Positions 56,405 through 60,716 of a stretch of 60,716 bases of DNA are shown here, in pieces. The notes under the pieces are model-generated. The model saw nothing but the letters and a program-made list of their open reading frames with translations. It searched no databases and was not told the DNA's origin. Numbering within the stretch: position 1 is the first letter of the stretch; each line of letters starts with the position of its first letter. A program made the position numbers and the translations under genes. Origin of the DNA: Fibrobacteria bacterium. GTDB taxonomy: Bacteria > Fibrobacterota > Fibrobacteria > UBA11236. The stretch lies in NCBI GenBank assembly GCA_043745805.1, contig JAYTSD010000039.1, forward strand, positions 1 to 60,716, given 5' to 3'.

Positions 56405-58306
56405 ATGAAAACCCATCCCGCATATATTCTAGGTGTTACCTTGCTTACCGCATCTCTATTAATAGATGGATGTTCACGTAAAGCTACTAGTGCAAAAACT
56501 ACGAACACCAAAAATGACAGCATTATTTTGGATCAAGATGAATTGGTGGAATACGAACCCGAAAATAGTGAATCCAATCAACAGATATCGCCAAGTGTTA
56601 TGGCCAATAATATTAGAGGATCTGCGGGCTTAAGTCTGAAAAAAGAAAAATATTTACCTTCCACTCAGGAATATTCTGCACGAAGCATTGGAAAAATTAG
56701 CGCGAATGCTCCTGCCTGTATAAAAGGCCCCGAAAGTTTTAGAGATGATAAAGTAAATATCGATAAGTGCATTCGTTATGCGCCTCCACCACCCGCAAAT
56801 AATACCGAAAAATATACCGCCATATATGAAAACCCTTTTTTAGCTGCACAAAAAAATCCACTCTCCACTTTTTCCATCGATGTTGATAAAGCTTCTTACA
56901 CCAATGCCCGCCGCTTTATTAATGGCAATCAACTCCCTCCTGCCGATGCCGTTCGCATTGAAGAATTTATTAATTATTTTCATTATGATTATCCCCAACC
57001 TCAAGGGTCCGATCCTTTTTCTATTAATACCGAAATTTCCACCACCCCTTGGAATCCGAATACCAAACTCATTCATATCGGTTTGCAAGGCCGCAAAATA
57101 GCCACCGACAAGTTACCTGCCAGTAATTTGGTTTTCTTAATTGACGTTTCGGGATCAATGGATTCACCGGAAAAGCTTCCTTTATTAAAAAGCGCTTTTA
57201 ATCTACTAGTAGATCAATTACGCGCACAAGATAAAATCACCCTTATTGTGTATGCAGGCAATGCGGGTTTAGTTTTGCCTTCTACTTCGGGCGCGGAAAA
57301 AGAAAAGATTCGCGAAGCTCTCAATCATTTGCAAGCAGGTGGTAGTACCGCAGGAGGTGCAGGTTTAAAATTAGCTTATCGTTGTGCCTTACAGAATATT
57401 ATTAAAGACGGAAATAACCGTATCATCCTTGCTACCGATGGTGATTTTAATGTAGGCGTCTCCAGTGATGCCGAATTAATTCGTCTTATCGAAGAAAAAA
57501 GAAAATCCGGCGTATTCCTTTCGGTGCTTGGCTTTGGTATGGGTAACCTTAAGGATTCTAAGATGGAACAATTAGCGGATAAAGGCAATGGCAATTATGC
57601 TTATATTGACAATATTATGGAAGCCAATAAAGTTTTTGTCGAAGAATTTGACGGCACTTTGTTCACACTTGCTAAGGATGTAAAATTGCAAATTGAATTT
57701 AATCCTGCCCTAGTGAAATCATATCGCCTCATCGGCTATGAAAACCGCATGTTACGTAGCGAAGATTTCAATGATGATACTAAAGACGCCGGAGAATTAG
57801 GTTCGGGACATTCGGTTACTGCGCTATATGAAATTGTTCCTATGGGTGTTACAGGCGAAACTGGACATAATCGCTCAACAGTGGACCCACTTAAATATCA
57901 GAAAAATTCTATGCGAGAAAATACCTTGTGCTGCAAAACCACTTCTCCTATGCGAAATGACAGCGAACGCGAACTAATGACGGTGAAATTCCGTTATAAA
58001 GAACCTAACGCAAATACCAGTAAATTGCTCTCACGTGTTTTACTCAATAATAATCAAAGTTGGGAAAATGCTTCAGAAAACCTCCGCTTCTCGGCTGCTG
58101 CCGCTGGCTTTGGATTGATATTAAGAGCCTCGCAGTATAAAGGCGATTTGGATTTTAACAAAATTATTGCTTTAGGTAAAGGCGCGAAAGGACATGACAA
58201 TGAAGGTTATAGAACGGAATTTATTCACCTAGTCGAAACCGCGAAGTTACTGTCCCCTGATCAAAGATTGGGGATTATACAAGAACAGGGTGATGTAGAA
58301 GAATAA
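56405..58306 (+). CDS. YfbK-like vWA domain lipoprotein
   Basis: STFSIDVD, VRIEEFINYF, MIDAS DVSGS, LATDGDFNVG and YRLIGYENR; lipobox-like IDGC; start ATG 56405 after AAGGAG. Confidence 0.92.
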   Translation: MKTHPAYILGVTLLTASLLIDGCSRKATSAKTTNTKNDSIILDQDELVEYEPENSESNQQISPSVMANNIRGSAGLSLKKEKYLPSTQEYSARSIGKISANAPACIKGPESFRDDKVNIDKCIRYAPPPPANNTEKYTAIYENPFLAAQKNPLSTFSIDVDKASYTNARRFINGNQLPPADAVRIEEFINYFHYDYPQPQGSDPFSINTEISTTPWNPNTKLIHIGLQGRKIATDKLPASNLVFLIDVSGSMDSPEKLPLLKSAFNLLVDQLRAQDKITLIVYAGNAGLVLPSTSGAEKEKIREALNHLQAGGSTAGGAGLKLAYRCALQNIIKDGNNRIILATDGDFNVGVSSDAELIRLIEEKRKSGVFLSVLGFGMGNLKDSKMEQLADKGNGNYAYIDNIMEANKVFVEEFDGTLFTLAKDVKLQIEFNPALVKSYRLIGYENRMLRSEDFNDDTKDAGELGSGHSVTALYEIVPMGVTGETGHNRSTVDPLKYQKNSMRENTLCCKTTSPMRNDSERELMTVKFRYKEPNANTSKLLSRVLLNNNQSWENASENLRFSAAAAGFGLILRASQYKGDLDFNKIIALGKGAKGHDNEGYRTEFIHLVETAKLLSPDQRLGIIQEQGDVEE

Positions 58307-58327
58307 AGGAAATAGTTATATTTGTTT

Positions 58328-58359
58328 TCGGTTAGGTTTGTAGCCTAACCGATTTTTTT
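58328..58359 (+). terminator. Rho-independent terminator
   Basis: TCGGTTAGG...CCTAACCGA followed by T7. Confidence 0.75.
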
Positions 58360-58386
58360 AGGTTTAAAATAAACTAGGAATCACAA

Positions 58387-58962
58387 ATGACATTGCGCCA
58401 AATTGTTTTGCTAGTGATGCTTCTTAATCTCGCCTATTTCTTCGTTGAATTTTCGATAGGGCTAAAAATTGGATCGGTTTCATTATTTGCGGATAGCATT
58501 GATTTTCTAGAAGATGCCATAGTTAATTTTTTAATACTTATTGCTATTGGTTGGAGCACAGAGCATCGGGCCAGAGTGGGTATGTTATTAGCAGGAGTAC
58601 TTTTGATTCCTGGATTAGCCACAATATGGACAGCATTCAGCAAGTTTCAGGCTCACTTAACACCTTCACCTTTCACACTTACCCTTACAGGACTCGGTGC
58701 TTTAGGAATAAATTTTACGTGTGCTACCATGCTAACACAATTTCGTAAGCATGAGAGTAGTTTAATGCGTGCCGCTTTTCTATCCGCGAGAAATGATGTG
58801 CTGGCAAATATCGCCATTATCGCTGCGGGATGCTTAACCTTTTATTTTCCAACTATCTGGCCGGATTTAATTGTGGGACTAGGAATTGCTGCGATGAATT
58901 TAGATGCCGCAAAGGAAGTTTGGGAGACAGCAAAAAAAGAACACAAAAGTGAATTAAAATAA
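58387..58962 (+). CDS. Cation diffusion facilitator (TM-only) transporter
   Basis: SLFADSIDFLED, SARNDVLAN and WPD. Confidence 0.85.
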   Translation: MTLRQIVLLVMLLNLAYFFVEFSIGLKIGSVSLFADSIDFLEDAIVNFLILIAIGWSTEHRARVGMLLAGVLLIPGLATIWTAFSKFQAHLTPSPFTLTLTGLGALGINFTCATMLTQFRKHESSLMRAAFLSARNDVLANIAIIAAGCLTFYFPTIWPDLIVGLGIAAMNLDAAKEVWETAKKEHKSELK

Positions 58963-58995
58963 ACATCGAAAGCATTTCGAAATGAATGAGTTAAC

Positions 58996-59544
58996 ATGAT
59001 TATTGACTATTTAGAATTTTCATCGGTTATGGCCTTAATAGGCATTGGATGCTTAACTAGCAATTTTATATTGGGTATTTTAGTACGAAATAAATATACG
59101 GTAAAGCTTCACAAAAAAATCGCCCTTTTGAAAATCCATAAATTAACGGCTTATACATCAGTACTATTTATATTAGTACATATAATATTAATTCCCTTCG
59201 CCAAGGATTCTGGATTCACCTGGAAGGATTTGCTTTTCCCACTGTGGACCATACATCAACCTTATATAAATTTATTGGGAGCAATCGCTTTTTATTTAAT
59301 CCTAATTGTGACACTGAGCTCTTTAATCAGAAAACGCTTGAAGTATTCCTTATGGAGAACCTTGCATTATTTATCCTTTGTGGCCATATTCCCAATGTTC
59401 ATACATGCCTTATGGACGGATACCGAGTTAAAGGAAAGGCCAGTAGATTGGCTGGATGCAGAAAAGGTTTTTATTGAAGTATTGGCTTTAATAATTGTAG
59501 GGCTAATGGTCCATAGGTTTAGGCCTCGGAGAGCTACTCACTAA
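58996..59544 (+). CDS. Ferric reductase-like transmembrane (heme b) protein
   Basis: TM His pairs (KIH..LVH; WRTLHYL..FIH). Confidence 0.75.
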   Translation: MIIDYLEFSSVMALIGIGCLTSNFILGILVRNKYTVKLHKKIALLKIHKLTAYTSVLFILVHIILIPFAKDSGFTWKDLLFPLWTIHQPYINLLGAIAFYLILIVTLSSLIRKRLKYSLWRTLHYLSFVAIFPMFIHALWTDTELKERPVDWLDAEKVFIEVLALIIVGLMVHRFRPRRATH

Positions 59545-60601
59545 TCCGAAAATCCATTACTTCCGATTTCCCCTTAAATTCCAGCTTTACAAAATACATT
59601 CCCGACTTCATTGCCGATTTATCAATTAGCAAGCCATGTTCACCAGCAGATAAACTGCGATTCACTAAAGTCGCCATTTGACGATTCAAGCAATCGAATA
59701 ATTTAACGGAAGCAAAACCGGTTTCAGGAAGTATAAAATGTATGTGATCTTTATTAATAGACATCTTAAATAATTTTTTCTGTGTCCCTTTTTTTAATTC
59801 GGAAATTTTAGTTACCGTAGGAAATTTATAAGTCCCAGAGTCTGCGGAGAAATACAAAAAATCCAGATTTAAATGCTTGGAGAGCGTATGAAATTGTAAA
59901 ACTTGAATGCCCGAATCCAGTTGCACCGAAACAAAATCGGCATACGTCCTCCAAGCATGATAACTATTCTGGCCGGGAAACTCTACAATACTTGATTTGA
60001 TCGCGTTTGCAGTGGCAGCATACTGAGTACCTAAAAATAATAGTTCATATTTTAGCGCCGGATCACCCGCGGCCCACACGGAACTTACCCAATATTTGCC
60101 TGACTTAGGAACATGAATGGTAAAATTAAAATGATCATCCGCATGGATTGCACCTATATACCAATGATTCGCAGCCATAGTCGTGTCGGAACTTGGATAC
60201 TTCGACCCATTAGGCCAAGCAATACCTTGTGCATAAAATGTATCGCTCGGTGAGGAATAATGATTTGTCATCGTAAAGGAGGGATGATCGGGATCACCAT
60301 CTTTATAAATGCCAGTATCGCGAAATGCTGCGAAGCATCCGCCCCAATGTCCACTCGCCATATCATCTTGTTCAAAGGAGATATTCGGGCCGCCTTTATC
60401 ATAGTCATGAAAACTAATGTGGCCGGGAATTTCTTTAGGTGCGGAATTTAAAGGGTATGGAACCCCTTTATAATAAGTAGGAACTGCAGCATGGGAAAAA
60501 GAAAAATGTGCAATTAAGGTAAGAACAAAAATCGGCATTGAAATGACCGACAAAAAACGTTTTTTCATCGAAACCCTCATGGGAAAAGCTGTAGACTTCA
60601 A
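59534..60601 (-). CDS. Secreted carbohydrate-binding-like protein with T9SS-like C-terminal domain
   Basis: Signal peptide; IPG....DYDKGG and CBM6-like C-half; C-terminal domain KLFD..RQMATLVN...AGEH...SGMYFVKL. Confidence 0.65.
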   Translation of the reverse strand: MKSTAFPMRVSMKKRFLSVISMPIFVLTLIAHFSFSHAAVPTYYKGVPYPLNSAPKEIPGHISFHDYDKGGPNISFEQDDMASGHWGGCFAAFRDTGIYKDGDPDHPSFTMTNHYSSPSDTFYAQGIAWPNGSKYPSSDTTMAANHWYIGAIHADDHFNFTIHVPKSGKYWVSSVWAAGDPALKYELLFLGTQYAATANAIKSSIVEFPGQNSYHAWRTYADFVSVQLDSGIQVLQFHTLSKHLNLDFLYFSADSGTYKFPTVTKISELKKGTQKKLFKMSINKDHIHFILPETGFASVKLFDCLNRQMATLVNRSLSAGEHGLLIDKSAMKSGMYFVKLEFKGKSEVMDFRISE

Positions 60602-60716
60602 AGCGTTAATATACTGCCGATTATGCTTATTAAATTGGTGCTAATTCGCTAGCTGAGAATTCGGAGCGTTTTTCGATACTATTGTATCAAAATTCGGTGA
60701 GTTCAAACTAAATGAG

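Overview
AT-rich bacterial chromosomal window, probably from the FCB superphylum and possibly Fibrobacterota-like (an inference from T9SS-type C-terminal domains and gene content). I found no rRNA, tRNA, CRISPR array or intact transposase/integrase. From left to right it holds: a partial tag gene; two orphan secreted or lipoprotein genes around a solitary attC-like hairpin; REP palindromes; a stand-alone rpsD with a candidate pseudoknot leader; an SplB-like radical SAM gene; a four-gene ATP-grasp/alpha-E/Anbu/transglutaminase operon whose Anbu gene apparently needs an ATC start; and a metal-uptake operon with no ATPase gene, headed by a CxxC/RAPP leader peptide. A ~19 kb stress island follows (PPK2, two DUF3494 ice-binding proteins, OmpA, CsbD, Dps, GT4 plus glycoside hydrolase, an extra sigma-70, a BON protein, and a SOD lacking one metal ligand), in which a 29-nt palindromic element is shared by the ice-binding and sigma operons. 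The rest contains pgm, a DUF547/AhpD/ArsS-like cluster, a signalling module (TonB-dependent receptor, two periplasmic-binding-like proteins, a membrane CheA-like kinase, CheX and CheY), MBOAT/SGNH, mazEF, leuB, and an ECF sigma/anti-sigma/vWA locus with two matching ECF promoters. All family calls come from motifs recognised by eye; no database searches were run.
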